A stretch of DNA of 64,000 nt from positions 30,566,001 to 30,630,000 of the forward strand of contig NC_091478.1 of the NCBI RefSeq assembly GCF_036971445.1, read 5' to 3'. The notes below the pieces were generated by a model. It did no database searches. It worked only from the letters and a program-made list of their open reading frames with translations, and was not told where the DNA came from. Origin of the DNA: Narcine bancroftii (lineage: Eukaryota). Positions 11,777 through 25,770 of the stretch are shown here, one piece after another. Each line of letters begins with the position of its first letter. Position 1 is the stretch's first letter. Made by a program: the position numbers and the translations under genes.

Positions 11777-14700
11777 ATGGCCATGTTGAACTATATGACT
11801 ATAAATATTAATGGAATACAAAACCAAAATAAAAGGAAGAGGCTATACTGAAAAGAGAAAAAGTTGATATAGCATTTGTGCAGAAAATGCATCTAACTGA
11901 AGTGGAACACAAGAAATTAAAGAGAGACTGGGTAGGGCTCGTAACGGCAGCATCATATAACTCAAAAGCCAGAGGTGTAGCTATATTAATTAATAAAAAT
12001 GTACCAATCAAAATAGAGGAGGAAATAATAGATCCAGCAGGGAGGTATGTAATGATAAATTCAGATATATTCAGAATTTTGGAATTTGCTCAATATATAT
12101 GCATCTAATGAAGAGGATCAAAAGTTTATGCAAGATATCTTTTTGAAGATTGTAGATATGCAGGGGAATTATATTGATAGGAGGGGACTTTAGCCTTAAT
12201 TTGGATTCAAAGATGGATAAAACTGGACAAAAGACTATCAGAAAGAACCAAATTTATGGTTAAATTAATGCAGGAAATGCAACCTTTGGATAGATGGAGG
12301 AGACAACACCCAAAGGAGAAGGAATACTCATGTTATTCGAGTAGACATAAAACATACTCAAGGATTGACCTGTTCCTGTTGTCTGTTGTCCAAGGGAGAA
12401 TTAGGAAAACGGAATATAAAGCTAGATTGTTATCGGATCACTCACCCCTGTTATTAGCAATAGAGCTGGAGGACATCCCACCAAGAATGTATAGATGGAG
12501 ATTAAACTCCATGCTACTTAAAAGACAGGATTTTAGAGAATTCATTGAGCGCCAAATTAAAATGTACTTTGAAATAAATATGGAATCAGTGAAAGATAAA
12601 TTTATATCATGGGATGCAATGAAAGCCTTCATTAGAGGGCAGATAATAAGTTATGTAACTAAGATGAAGAAGGACTACAGTCGGGAAATAGAACAGCTGG
12701 AAAGGGAAATAGTAAGTACAGAAAAAGAACTTGCAACAAGGGAAGATACAACAAAAAGATGAGAATTGGCAGACAAAAAAAAATATGAAACACTACAAAC
12801 ATATAAGGTGGAGAAGAACATAATGAAGACAAAGCAGAAGTATTATTGGCTAGGAGAAAAAAACACACAAAATACTAGCTTGGCAGCTTAAAACAGAACA
12901 AGCTAAAAGAATGGTATTGGCATCAAGGAAAAGGACAAACAAACTGCATATAACCCAAAAGAGATCAATGAAAACTTCAAGGAATTCTATGAGCAATTAT
13001 ACCAAACTGAGAACGAAGGGAAAGAGAACAAAATAGATGAGTTTCTAGCTAAAATTGAACTACCGAAATTGTAAGAAGAGGAGCAAAACAAACTGATAAA
13101 AACATTTGAAATAGAGGAAATACAGGATATATTAAAAAAGTTACCGAACAATAAAATGCCTGGAGAGTTTGGACTCCCAAAAGAATTCTATAAAACATTT
13201 AAAGACTTATTAATTCATCCTCTCCTGGAAGTAATGAACCAGATAGAAGAAACACAAAACATGCCAGATTCATGTAAAACAGCAATAATTACAGTAATAC
13301 CAAAGACGAGGAAAATCCACTAACACCAGCATCATATAGACCAATATCTCTACTTAACTCAGATTATAAGATAATAGCAAAACTATTAGCAAACAGATTG
13401 GCTGACTGAGTACCAAAAATAGTAAAACTAGATCAAACTGGATTTATTAAGAAAAAATGAACAACGGACAATATCTGTAAGTTCATTAACTTAATCCATG
13501 CAGTACAAGGAAACAAGACGCCAACAGTGGCGGATGCTTTAGATGCAGAGAAAGCCTTTGACAGGGTAGAATGGAATTATTTATTCAAAGTCCTACAGAG
13601 GTTCAACCTACCAGAGAAATATATTAATTGGATTAAAGCATTATATAAGGGACCATTGGCGAAGGTGACAGTAAATGGATATATATCGAACCAATTTAAA
13701 TTAAGCAGGTCAACTAGGCAAGAATGTCCGCTATCTCCCTCACTGTTTGCTTTAGCTATAGAACCCTTGGCAGAACTGATAAGAACAGAAAATAAAATAA
13801 AAGAGATAAAAATAAAAGAGAAGGAATATAAAATCAGTCTATTTGCAGATGATGTCATAGTATACTTAACAGAACCAGAATTATCAATAAAAGAATTACA
13901 TAAGAAATTGAAGGAATATGGAGAAATATCAGGGTACAAGATCAACGCAAATAAAAGTGAAGTGATGCCAATGAATAATTCGGATTTTACATTGTTTAAG
14001 AAAGAATCACCATTTAAATGGCATACACAAGCAATCCGATACCTAGTATTAGACTAGATAATAATCTAGGCCATCTATACAAATTAAATTATCAGCCATT
14101 AATGAAGAAATTACAAGATGACATAGAACATTAGAAAGATTTACCACTAACACTGATAGGAAGGGTAAATTGCATTAAAATGAATATCTTCCCAAGGAAA
14201 CAATACCTATTTCAGTCGTTACCAATTCCCTTAACAGAGAAATTCTTCAATGAGCTAAAGAAAATAATAAGGAAATTCTTATGGAAAGGGGGGAAACTGA
14301 GGATAGCGCTAGATAAATTAACAGAATGGTACAAACAAGGGGGCTTACAGCTACCAAACTTTAAGAATTATTATAGAGCAGCACAATTAAGATATCTCTC
14401 AGATTTTTATCAAACAAGGGAAAAACCAGATTGGATCAGGTTAGAGCTAGATAAAATAGGGGAGAAGGTACCAGAACATATACTTTATAAGTGGGATGAA
14501 AAACTGGTGCAACATAGAAGTTCACCAGTACTGCACCATCTGCTCAACATTTTGAAGATTCACGTAGAAAGGAAAAAAACAAATTACCAACTACCAAAAT
14601 TATTATTGATGCAAAATCAACTATCCCTTTCACAATAGATAACCTTTCCTTTAGAGAATGGGAGAGAAAAGTGATCAAAAGAATAGAAAATTGTTTTTTT

Positions 14701-15472
14701 GGGAAATAATTTATTATCTTTTGAACAAATGAAGTACAAATATAGTATACAAATATACCACCAACTGAAAACCTACTTGAAGGACAAATTGGGAAGCAGG
14801 CTGAGGTTACCAGAAGGAAGCAGCTTTGAATATGTGATTACATACACAATGATAATTAAAAGATTTATAACAAACATGTACATCAAGCTGCAAGAGAAAG
14901 AGAACGATGAAATAAACTGTAAACCCAAACAAAAGTGGGGACAAGATCTAAAAGTAAAGATAAAAAATGAAAAATGGGAAAAGCTATGCTCCGGAACTAT
15001 GCGAAATACAATAAACACGAGGTTACGCATGATACAATATAATTGGTTACACAGGCTATATGGGACCCAACAGTATCAGACAGATGTTTTCGCTGTAAGA
15101 AGGAAATGGGAACAACAGTACATGCAATTTGGGCATGTGAGAAGAACTAAACCAGGTATTAAATAAAATCACAAAAAGCAACATACCAAAAAATCCAAAG
15201 ATCTTTCTTCTAAGTAATATAAGTAAAGAACTAGGCCTCACAAAAAAGATTTATTATGATAGCCTTAGCTGTAGCAAAAAAATGTATAATGTCAACCTGG
15301 AAATCAGAAGAGAGCCTGAGAGTACAGCAATGGTACATAGAAATGAATAAATGTATTCCATTGGAAAAAATAACATATAAATTTAAAAAATAAAGTCACA
15401 GTATTCGAACAAATTTGGGAACCGTACATGGAACACAACAGAGAGGGCCTACCGTGGACCTCCACCCCCTAA
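11777..15472 (+). pseudogene. L1 ORF2 (APE endonuclease + RT), multiple stops and frameshifts
   Basis: Fragments ARGVAILINK, TYSRIDLFL, LSDHSP, LDAEKAFDRVEW, TRQECPLSP, SLFADD and GGLQLPNF spread over several frames. Confidence 0.9.
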
Positions 15473-16967
15473 AATGACTGAATGAGAAGAAGACGAAATG
15501 AACTGACCCAGTGTGTAAAAGTAGACGACACAATTTTCTTGTTTATTTTTATTGTGTGTTGACATTGTTTAATGGGTTTATTGTATTGTATATGTTGAAC
15601 GTTTCGTGGGTAGGGAGGGGGTGGGAAGGAGGGAGGGAAGGGAGGGGAGGAAAAGGGGAGAAAATGACACTGTGTATATAGTGTGAAAAATAAAAAAGAT
15701 TAAAAAAAGAAAGGAAGGCTTCCCCACTGATAGGTAGAAGAAGTTGACAATCAAATAAAGACGTGGCCAGAGGTTTCCCAGGAAGTTAGCCACAGAAGCA
15801 TTGCTTTGTTGATGCAATACTGAGTGAGCTTTAATGGATGATACTCAGTACAAAAGGCAAGTGCGTTAACTGATTCACCCACCTTCTGAAATGGGTATCA
15901 TTCCAACTAGGGCCTGGAAATCTGACAAGCTGAATGGAACCCATCTAACGTGGCAATTCTATGTCAAAGTGTGCCAGGCTGGTTCTTTATAAATCAATAC
16001 ACCAGATGCAGATGCACCAGAACCTGGCCATTCAGCCCTAACCCAACAGGTATAAATAGTTGGGGTCACTAAATAATTCCAAATGCTTGGTCTGAGGTCA
16101 GAATAAAAATGGGTGAGGTCAGAACTGATCTCTCATTCCAAATACACGCCCTTTAATTCCAGCCCAGCATCTCAGTCCTCCTTCCAGTTTCACGCAGGTA
16201 CACCCAATTGTTTCTGCTCTTATACCCATCTAACTGCCTGACACTGGCAGTCAGCCACAACTTGACTTTGAGATGCTCACCATCAACAAATGCTCTTCTT
16301 TCATCACTCATAGGAGAAAAGAGAGAACAGCAGGGAAAGATGGACAGGCAGAAATGGTCGCCCAGCCATCTCATAATTCAGGTTTGCACAGTAGCATGCT
16401 TTGGCACTAGTGTACACTCAACATACTGATGTTTTGAGACTTGTGCTTTTTATTTACTGGACAGGTCAAAATCATGCCTTTAATTTCCCATAGGACTGTC
16501 TTATATCCTATATTAAGTATGCATTATGACCATGTCCTCCTAATGGGGGTAACTCTCTCAAAAGAGAGACACAATGTATAATTTAATGCAAGTTTTTATA
16601 TTAAAAAAAAACAGAAATGCTGGAGGAACTCAAACAGTCTCAAAGCATCTTGCAAAGTAAGGCTTTGAGGAAGAACTCAGGCCCAAAATGTCGGTAATAT
16701 ATCTTTACGTCCAAGGGACACTACAAGTCCGGCTGAGTTCTTCCACCACCTCTGTGTTTTGACTATGATAACAGCATTTGCAGACTTCTGTGCTTCGCCT
16801 CACCTTTTTTATATGTCCATTAAGGTAGGTTATTGGGTCTACATCAGATGATTCATACATACAACTGACCAAAAGCAGATAGCATCCACAAGAAGGAATC
16901 TAGGGCAGACATTTTGTTCAATTTGATCTTTATTTGTCAAACTGGAGCTCGAGCAAAGAATGTAGGA

Positions 16968-17323
16968 CAGTGGTCTTAACCTTTTTCTTTCCACTCACAA
17001 ACCACTTTAAGTATACCCTATGCCATAGGTGCTCTGTGATTAGTAAGGGATTGCTAAAGGTGGTATGTGGGTGGAAAGAAAAAGTTTGAAAATCACTTTT
17101 TTTAATCATACCTAATTGACTTGATATGTGCACGGTTTCATAACTCCAAAGGAAATGGGCAATTTTTATCAAGCAAAATATTTCAGTATCAATTGGATCT
17201 AGAGCAGTGATTCTCATCCTTCTCTTTCCACTCACATACTACTTTACTAATCACAGAGCACCTATGGCATTGGGATTACTTAAAGTGATATGTGAGTGGA
17301 AAGAAAAAGGTTGAGCATCACTG
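16968..17323. mobile_element. hAT-type MITE, dimeric form (copy 1)
   Basis: cagtgg...cactg termini and two palindromic units. Same family as 39973, 56424 and 61066. Confidence 0.8.
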
Positions 17324-17419
17324 AATATAGGTTGTATTCTTCCAATCTCAATAGGAGAGAAAATAGAGTTACCTACTTTACCGGCCTTTGCAATATTGTC
17401 TTTGACTTTATAGAGTTCT

Positions 17420-17740
17420 GTAACATGGTGAGGGGCATTGAAAAGGTAAATAGTCATAGACTTTTTTCCACAGAATCGGGGAGTCTAAAACATAGATTTA
17501 AGGTGAAAAGGGATGATTTGAAAGGAACCTTTTGTGCACAGAGGGTGTGAGAACAAGCTATCTGAGGAAATGGGAGAGGTGGATATAAATGTAACATTCA
17601 AATGACAATTAGAAAAAATATGTTGGCAGGAAAGATATAGATGGATATGGGACAATTACAGGCAAATGGGACTAGCTTACTTTCGCTATGGGCCGATTGG
17701 GCCCAAGGGCATGTTTCCAGCTGTAAAACTCTATGACTCC
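17420..17740 (+). mobile_element. CR1 3' fragment, old
   Basis: Degenerate RGIEKVNSHRLF...HRFKV and a CR1-like tail. Confidence 0.6.
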
Positions 17741-18139
17741 AATGAAAAGAGTGCCCACCTACATGTGCATCAAACCAGGCAATGAAATGCATGGCTGCAG
17801 ATATTGTCTGCTAGCTAAACCTTGAAAAAGGCCCATCTCAATGAGAATACATTTGCTGTTCACCACTCCACTGATGAGGCAGAAAAGGGATAATGTTGAA
17901 AAGGAACATGGGCATGCATCCTCAGTTCCACTTCTTATGTATTACCTCCTCTAGTCACTCTTTCACAGGCTACCTATGCATCAGTTTTTGGCTGAGTGTT
18001 CATGGGGTCTTAAACCAAGAGTTTCAAGTCATTCACTTGGGTGAAGTTGGACCAGAAAGTGGGAAAGGAGTGGGATGAGATGGAGGATGTGCAATACCTC
18101 CCATTTTACTTCTTCCTTCTCATCATCCATGACCTAAGT

Positions 18140-19210
18140 CATTGAATCATGGAACAGGCCCTTCAGCCCAACTCATCCATGCTGTTCAAGCTGGCATTCT
18201 GGGCTAGTCCTATTTGCCTGCATTTCGTCCCTCTCCTTCTAAGCCCTATCTACCCATAAATCTGTCCAAATGTCTTTTGAACATCAGAATTGTGCCCACT
18301 TCTACAGTTTCTTCTGGCAGCTCAGATATGGGCTCACACTGAGTGAAAAAATGTCCCCTCTTAAATATCTCCTCTCTCACCTTAAATCTATGTCCTCTTG
18401 TTTTAGAATCATTAATTCTAGGATGAAAACCTTGAATTTTCACTTTATCCATGCGCCTCTGATTTTGTGAATCTCCTCTGCACCCCTTCCAATTTATTGA
18501 TGTCCTTCCTTCAGCTTGGTTGCCAAAATTGCACACACAGTACTCTAAAGTGTGGTTTCTCCAATGCCTTATACAGTGAATCTTGAGTTCCTAGCTTTTG
18601 TACTCTATACCCTTCCCACTGAAGGCACTGTACTAAATGTGTTCTTCTCCAGCTTGTCCACCTAAGTCTCTCTGTCCCACAACACCTTCCAGGGCTCTGC
18701 CATTCACTGTGCAAGACCTATCCTGGTTTGATTTACCAAAGTGCAACACCTCACCTATTAATTTCCATCTGCAACACCTTGGCCTACCCTCCCAACTGAT
18801 GTAGATACTTTTGTGAACTCAGATTTCCTTCCTCGCCGTCAACCATCAATTTTGGTGTCATTTGCAAATGTATTGGTCATGTCAACTACATTGCCAGCCA
18901 AATCATTAATATAGATAACAAATAATAATGGGCCTAATACCAACCCCTGCAACACATCACTGGTCGGAAAAAAATCATCCCTCCATTACTATTCTCTGCC
19001 CCCTTCCACGAAGCTAATATTTCATCCAATGAGCCAGCATTCCTTCAATCCCCAGTGATCTAATCTCCCTGACTAACCTTACACGCACGAAGATCTTACA
19101 AAAGTCCATATATAGAACAAGCATTGCCACGCCCTCATCAATCCTCTTTGCCACCTCTTCAAAAATCTCTATCATATTCGTGAGACACAATCTGCCATGC
19201 ATGAAGCCAT
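18140..19210 (-). mobile_element. CR1 fragment, degenerate
   Basis: GRLCLTNMIEIFEEV...LYMDFCK and KTRGHRFKVR peptides on the minus strand. Confidence 0.8.
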
Positions 19211-19229
19211 AAATGGGAAAAGTAGCAAT

Positions 19230-19525
19230 TTATTTGCACTTCTTCTAGTGTTTAGCCTTTGGTGCCAACAATGCATCTTCTCTGCTTTGGCGAAACTCAA
19301 TATATAACTTGGCTGACTGCTTAGAAAAGAACCCCTGTTCAGTCTGCAAAGATGATCCTGAACTTTGAGTTACCTGTCATTTCCATTATTCATCCACGTC
19401 CATTCTGACCTTTCTATCTTTGCCCTCTGGCAAAGCTCAGTGTAATCTCCAGGAACAACATTTCACCTTCTGACTTGACATATTGGAGCTTTCACGACTC
19501 AACATGGAACTAAATGGTATTAGGT
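19230..19525 (+). mobile_element. Penelope-like GIY-YIG 3' fragment, very degenerate
   Basis: Nucleotide similarity to the better-preserved copies at 52000 and 55230. Confidence 0.45.
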
Positions 19526-20636
19526 AATCAACCACACAGCAAACAAAATGCTGGAGTAACACAGTAGACCATGCTGCATTGATGTGGGTGGGAAAGGAAT
19601 TGTCTTCTTCCAGCAGTTTGTTTTATGGTCTAAATTCCAGTATCTGCAGTCTCCTGTATTCCCATCTCATGTCTCATATTTCCAGCATTCAGTTTTTCTC
19701 ATTCTCTTCTGTTGTCTAATATTTCAATCAGACCACTACTTACATCTCCTCCAGATATACCTTAGCATCCTCCTTCATCCATTTTCTCCTGATCTTACCC
19801 ACCACAGACCTTTTTTTAGGTTCCCATTATCCCTCCCTCCCCCACCAAGTACATTTCTCTCTCCAAAGATGCCACTAAAACTGCAGAGTATTTCCAGCAT
19901 TTTATGTTTTTACTTCAGATTTCAGGTCAGTGTCTGAGGTACATTGGCTTTAGAGTAATGATTGCAACCCAGGTACTTTGCAGTATAGATCACTACACTT
20001 TCCTCTTCTTCCTCCTCAGAATCGACTGAAGATGCCCAGTACCTATTGATCCTGCAGGTCTAACCTTGGCAGTGTTGCTTCAGAGGTCAATAGGTCCCTC
20101 TTGATCAGGAGCCTCTGACTGCTGCATGTCAGACTGGAGGCTGCTGGAGAATGTATGCATTGTGACAGCTGCAAGGGTATACTGTACAGACCTTTACAAA
20201 TATATCCTGATCTTTTTATGATTGCACACCGTCTTTGCAACCAATGAACACTCCTGATGTTTACTTCACTCTCCAGGTGATTGTGAATATCTGGCACCAA
20301 CTGGCACAGGAGGGAATGGGGTTGATGAAGTAGGCTCTGGAGACATTAATAGTTCACTGCTGCTCCTTTCTGGTGTATCAGTGGGACTGGGAGTGACAGG
20401 TCATTAATACGACACGAGAGAATTGTAAAATCATCATAGATAACTTCCTAGTGCAAGAATTGCAAAATAAAACCTCAAGAGGTGGTGTGGAAATAGCTCT
20501 CAAGTGTCAGTTAGCATATTTCCTTGCATAATGCTCTTAATTTTTGCATTTACAGGTGGGGTCCAGAAACCCACCCTAAATTACAAAGGCCATGGTAATA
20601 GCATGTTTCTTTAAACAAAAATTTCTAAGATGATGT

Positions 20637-21037
20637 CAGGGTTTCTGGTGTCATATCAAACTCCGCAAACTCCTGAGGAAGTCGAGGTGCTGACATGATG
20701 TCATTGGTGTATTGGGTCCAGGTAAGATCCTCTAAAATAGTGACTCCCAAGAACCTAAATTTGCTCTTCCTCTCCACCTCTGATTCCTAAATGATTATTG
20801 GATTGTATATCTCTGACTGTCCTTTTCTGAAGTCAACAATCAGCTCCTTCGTATTGGTGACATTGTGTGCAAGGTTGTTGTTGGTGCACCATTCAGCCAA
20901 GCTTTCAATCTCCCTCCTGTATGATGACATCCCCTTCCTTTATTACAACCCACTACCATGGTGTGGTTAGCAAATTTAGTAGATGGGGTTATTTTCATCC
21001 CAAGCTACACAGTCACAGGTGTAAAGTGAGTAGAGCC
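20637..21037 (-). repeat. Inverted copy of the Rex1/Babar segment 22062-22463
   Basis: Reverse complement of 22062-22463. The ORF track gives the same peptide on opposite strands (20867+ and 22020-). Confidence 0.92.
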
Positions 21038-22029
21038 ATGATAATTTCTTGGTAATTGACCTATTAATCTATTGAAATTGATATCCTGCCTCTCCCAAAG
21101 GGATTATATGCTGCAGTTTGCCTCATTTACTGCAGTTAACTGTGGAAATCAGCAAGTTGGGCTACGCTTGTTGACATGTTATCAATTACATAGCTGTTAA
21201 CCCTTCCCAAATTCTCCATAAACATTAAAAATGAGCCAACTATTTTTTGATCTATTTTAATAAATGAGGCATGGTCTCTCCACCTGCCATTACCCTCCAA
21301 CATTTAGTCACGCCACCATCTGAGTCATCATCTCTTGACTTTCAGGGCTACAGATATGTGTGGATTGAAACATTTTCTCTGCTCACCAAAAAAAAGCTGC
21401 AAATAGGATGCACAGCATTTCACGTGTGTCCTGTTTGTCAAACTGCCATTCGCGATCAATATCTCGAATAAAAGAGTAAAAAGTGCCAGTTGATGCTTTG
21501 CCAATAAACACATTATCATTTTTCTGCACTTTGCATTGGTCAAATGAATGCCTTATAACAGTCTGTTATATATGGTTGTAGTGTCACACTACATGAGAAA
21601 TGGCTCCTCTATCTCACATCTCATTGTCAACTCCTTGTAATGAATTCCACGTACTAGACATTGTGCAACACCATCTATTTCATGCTTCCAGCTTTTCTGT
21701 AAAGCATTATAACAATCACCCACAATCTCTGAATAAGTAACATTTCTTTACTGATTCTAAATCCATAAATTAAGATTCATTAGTTACTATTTTACATTCT
21801 AAGTTTTGCACAGGGAAAAGGACTGTAAGCTGACTGCATCTATTCTGGGATAACCGTTGGAGAACTTTGCCATATTTGGACAAAGGACATGAAACCACCA
21901 CAATATTTGACAACTTTGGGTACATGAAAAAATGCAACATTCAAGCAAAGCTTCATGATGTGCTAACAGAAGGATTTAATAATTTTAGCAAAATGACAAA
22001 ATGTGCAAGAGAAGGTGAATCAGTACTGG

Positions 22030-23040
22030 AGCGCCATAGAGCTGCGTTCTTCGCCCCCCCCGGTTCTACTCACTTTACACCTGTGACTGTGTAGCTCAGG
22101 ATGAAAATAACCCCATCTACTAAATTTGCTAACCACACCATGGTAGTGGGTTGTAATAAAGGAAGGGGATGTCATCATACAGGAGGGAGATTGAAAGCTT
22201 GGCTGAATGGTGCACCAACAACAACCTTGCACACAATGTCACCAATACGAAGGAGCTGATTGTTGACTTCAGAAAAGGACAGTCAGAGATATACAATCCA
22301 ATAATCATTTAGGGATCAGAGGTGGAGAGGAAGAGCAAATTTAGGTTCTTGGGAGTCACTATTTTGGAGGACCTTACCTGGACCCAACACACCAATGGCA
22401 TCATGTCAGCACCTCAACTTCCTCAGGAGTTTGTGGAGGTTTGATATGACACCAGAAACCCTGGAAAATTTCTACAAAGATATGGTGGAAAATGTGCTAA
22501 CCAGCTGCATCATGGTCTGGTATGGGAAAACCAATACCCCTGAGCATAAAACCCTCCAAAAGGTAGCGCACACAGCGGAGGACATCACAAACAAAACCCT
22601 CCCCACTGTTGAGTACATCTACATGGAACACTGCTGTCAGAGGGCAGCAGCAATCATCCAAGACCCAAACCACCCAGCACACACTCTGTCCTCGCTTCTG
22701 CCATTAGAAAAGAGGTATAGATGCCACAAGAATCACATCATCATGTTCAGGAATAGCTGCTACCCCTCTACCATCAGACTCCTCAACAACAAACTTAAAC
22801 AGAGACTCAGTTAAGGACTCTTACATGTGCACTTTATTGGTTTTCTTTTGTTCACTCTCTATTGCACAGTTTGTTTATATTTGTTATCTGTTTATAGTTC
22901 TTTTATTTGTTTACGCTGTGTACAGTTTATTTTTCACACGATCAATTAGTGGTAATTCTGCCACACACACAGGAAAAAGGAATCTCAGGGTTGTATGTGA
23001 TGTCGTGTATGTACTCAGACAATAAATCTGAAATCTGAAT
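22030..23040 (+). mobile_element. Rex1/Babar-clade LINE 3' fragment
   Basis: Degenerate KFADD region, FLRSLWRF...ENVLTSCIMVWYG...DPNHPAH...RNSCYP, and tail aataaatctgaaatctgaat. Confidence 0.85.
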
Positions 23041-23504
23041 CCGAACCTCCTTCTGCAGAATATCTTCAAGTGGTATTTAAGATCAAAAATGAAACAGCCT
23101 TTGCTTCCATATCCTTCAGAATTCCAAATTCTGAATCAGATACAAGACACAGGTAAGAAAGTTGCTGTCAGCCACAGTCTCAAGACAACTTCATAGACAC
23201 AGACTCTTGATTCAAAGACATAAAACTAAAGTTGGATTCTTGTTAACCGCTGCTCGCCGGGGATCGGGTTCCCAACTGGCCTCGGGCATTTGAAGAAAGG
23301 AACAAATATCTCGCTACCATTATACATCTTCACGACTTGAAACAGACAAGGACTAAGATGACCCTGAATAATGAATCCATCCCAGTGCGCTATTTCTAGA
23401 ATAAAGGACAGTAGATCATATAAAAAAGTAAAAACGCAATAGTTGAGAAACTCAGCAGGTCAAATAGTGTACTTTATAAAGCAAAGATAAAGTTACATAA
23501 CAAA

Positions 23505-24165
23505 CGTGACCTATCATGGACACATAACATCTCCTCGCTTGACAGTAAAGCACAACAACAACTTGCACTCCTGAGAAGACTGAAGCGGATGTGGCTTCCA
23601 GCCACCATCATGTCAACCTTCTACAGGAGCTCTATCAAGAGTGTCCTGGCCAGCTGCATCATGCTGTGTTATTGTTGCTGCAGAGAAATGGATTGGATGT
23701 CAATCCACTGGACCATAAGAGTGGCAGAGAGAATCACTGGAGTCTCCCTCCCCCTATCGACACGATCTACTGCAATCATTGTCTGGAGGTCACACAAAAT
23801 CGGTGAGGACCCCTTCCACCCTGCACACAGCATCTTTCAGCTGCTCCTGTTGGAAAAGAGATCCAGGAGTATTAGAGTCAGCACCACCAGGCTGAGGACC
23901 AGCTTCTTCCCACGGGCAGTGAAAATGCTGTATGACCAAAGGATCTGCTCACACTAACCATCTGAGATTCTCATATTTATGAAACAAAATTTATTTATTT
24001 ATTTATTTGCATTTATGAATATTTGTCTTGCATATGTATTGTCTGCTTGCATGTGTGTTATGTCTGGTTGTCCGTATGCATGTTTTGCACCAAGGACCAG
24101 GGAATGCTTTTTAGTTGGGTTGTTCTTGTACAATCAGATGATAATAACTTATATAACCATATAAC
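23505..24165 (+). mobile_element. Rex1/Babar-clade LINE 3' fragment
   Basis: FYRSSIKSVLASCI...DPFHPAH...TTRLRTSFFPRAV. Confidence 0.8.
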
Positions 24166-24589
24166 CATTTACGGCATGGAAACAGGACATGTCGGCCCTT
24201 TGAGTCCGCACCAGTTCACTAGAACAACTCCACTTGCTCAACCCTCCTGCTCTCTACCTATAACCCTCCAACCCCCTCACCTCCATGTACACATCCAACC
24301 TTCTCTTAAATGACAGAAGGGACCCTGCCACAACTATCTCATTTGGAAGATCATTCCATTCTGCCACCACTCGTTGAGTGAAAAAGCATCCTCTAATATT
24401 TTTCCTAAAGTTTTGCCCCCTTACCCTTAACTCATGTCCTCTTGTTCCAACCTCCCTTGACTTGGAATGTTTCTAGTAAGCATTAACTTCCATGGAACTT
24501 GACTGCTTCCCTGAGAAATCAGTGGTACCCACTGAAAAATCACTGAAGCGTAACATTTCAGTAATATTTTTGTGTTATGGTATAATAGT

Positions 24590-24860
24590 GACACAGTTGT
24601 TAGGGCTGTTGCCTCAGAAATCCAGTAACCTTGCTTTAATCCTGACCTCAGGTACTGTTTGGGTGGATGGTGTGCCTTTCTCTGGGTGCTCCAGTTCCTC
24701 ACACATCCTAAAGACAGGCAAGTTGGTAGGAGTAAACCTTTCTTAGACTGTAGTGTGTAGTAGAATCTGGGGGTTGTTGTTGGGATTGGGGCAAGTATAA
24801 AATGAGTTCCTGATGGTTGGCACAGAAGTGACCTGTTTTCTTCTTTCTTGCGTGATCTAT
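24590..24860 (+). mobile_element. tRNA-derived V-SINE (HE1-like), degenerate
   Basis: Degenerate tRNA-like head plus V-domain-like core (tctgggtgctccagttcctcacacatcctaaagac). Confidence 0.6.
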
Positions 24861-25419
24861 GATTCTATGCTTCTGGCATTTCCAAGGTACAAGATGCCAG
24901 GACAGTAAACTTGGGAGTTGAACTCCAGGGCTTCCAATTTCCTTGGGATCTAGTCAATTTGTAGAGCCTATAGACCATTATGAATGATGTTTGCCAGCCT
25001 CCGGGCAGAATAATGGGCCTTATTATTGGTAGCAAAACAAATGTGAGTTTGGATCAATAAAGAAAAGTCTAATCTTTTTCTCAAATAATAAATGAAAGCA
25101 CAAAATACTGCAAATTCTCAGCAAGTCAGGCAACATCTAAAAATCAGGTGAAGGGAGAATTATCTGGTACTGAAAAACAAATGGAATACCCGATTTAGGA
25201 TGAGGCCAGGATTGGCCATGATTTCCTTGGAGATGCAATAGTTCATGGCATTAGTTATAAATAACACAAAGGGACTGCATGACCAGCCCAACTGTCCAGG
25301 TGGTGCTAATGAAGAGAGAAAAATTGAACCAATATACCAGATGGACGGTTCATAACAAGGATGACTCTAATACATCCAGTAACAAGCATGATTCTAATAC
25401 ATCCAGATAATGCAGGTTA

Positions 25420-25770
25420 CCAGAAAATGAATTTGAATTAAAGTGCCAGAAAGCTGTTAAATGTCCAGATGGCATTGTTCCTTAAGTTTGCATTGTAACA
25501 GTGCAGGAGGCTACAGATAGATAGGTCAGTCAGAGCAGATTGTAGATTTAAAGTGGCAGGAAACAGGAAGCTCAGGGTCATCCCACACTGCTGCAAAAGA
25601 GGTCACCTGATCTTCTCTTAGGTGTAGAGGAGACCACTTTATGAAGTCCAATTGCAGTACATTTGATTGGAAAAAGTCTGATTGCTGCTTCACCTGGAAA
25701 GACTGCTTGTATCCCAGGATGGTGGGAAGAGAAGAGGCCAAAGGACTTGTGGTGACATGGGAAAGTGCCT
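25420..25770 (-). mobile_element. Penelope-like GIY-YIG fragment
   Basis: TILGYKQSFQVKQ peptide, homologous to GPKQAFQVKQHF at about 52120. Confidence 0.5.

Larger units (their letters stand above)
9946..15707 (+). mobile_element. Full-length degenerate L1-clade LINE (~5.8 kb)
   Basis: 17-bp TSD agaaaggaaggcttccc (9929-9945 and 15708-15724), 5' UTR, ORF1, frameshifted ORF2, G-rich 3' UTR, AATAAA at about 15689 and an A-rich tail. Confidence 0.95.

Noticed and set aside
20000-20400. ORF 20043-20300 and surrounding GC-richer DNA as a host exon
   Set aside because: No recognisable domain or convincing splice pair. Probably an unidentified old repeat.
25354-25407. 27-bp direct duplication (similar small ones at ~5687 and ~46880)
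   Set aside because: Ordinary slippage-type duplications inside decayed repeats, with no sign of function.
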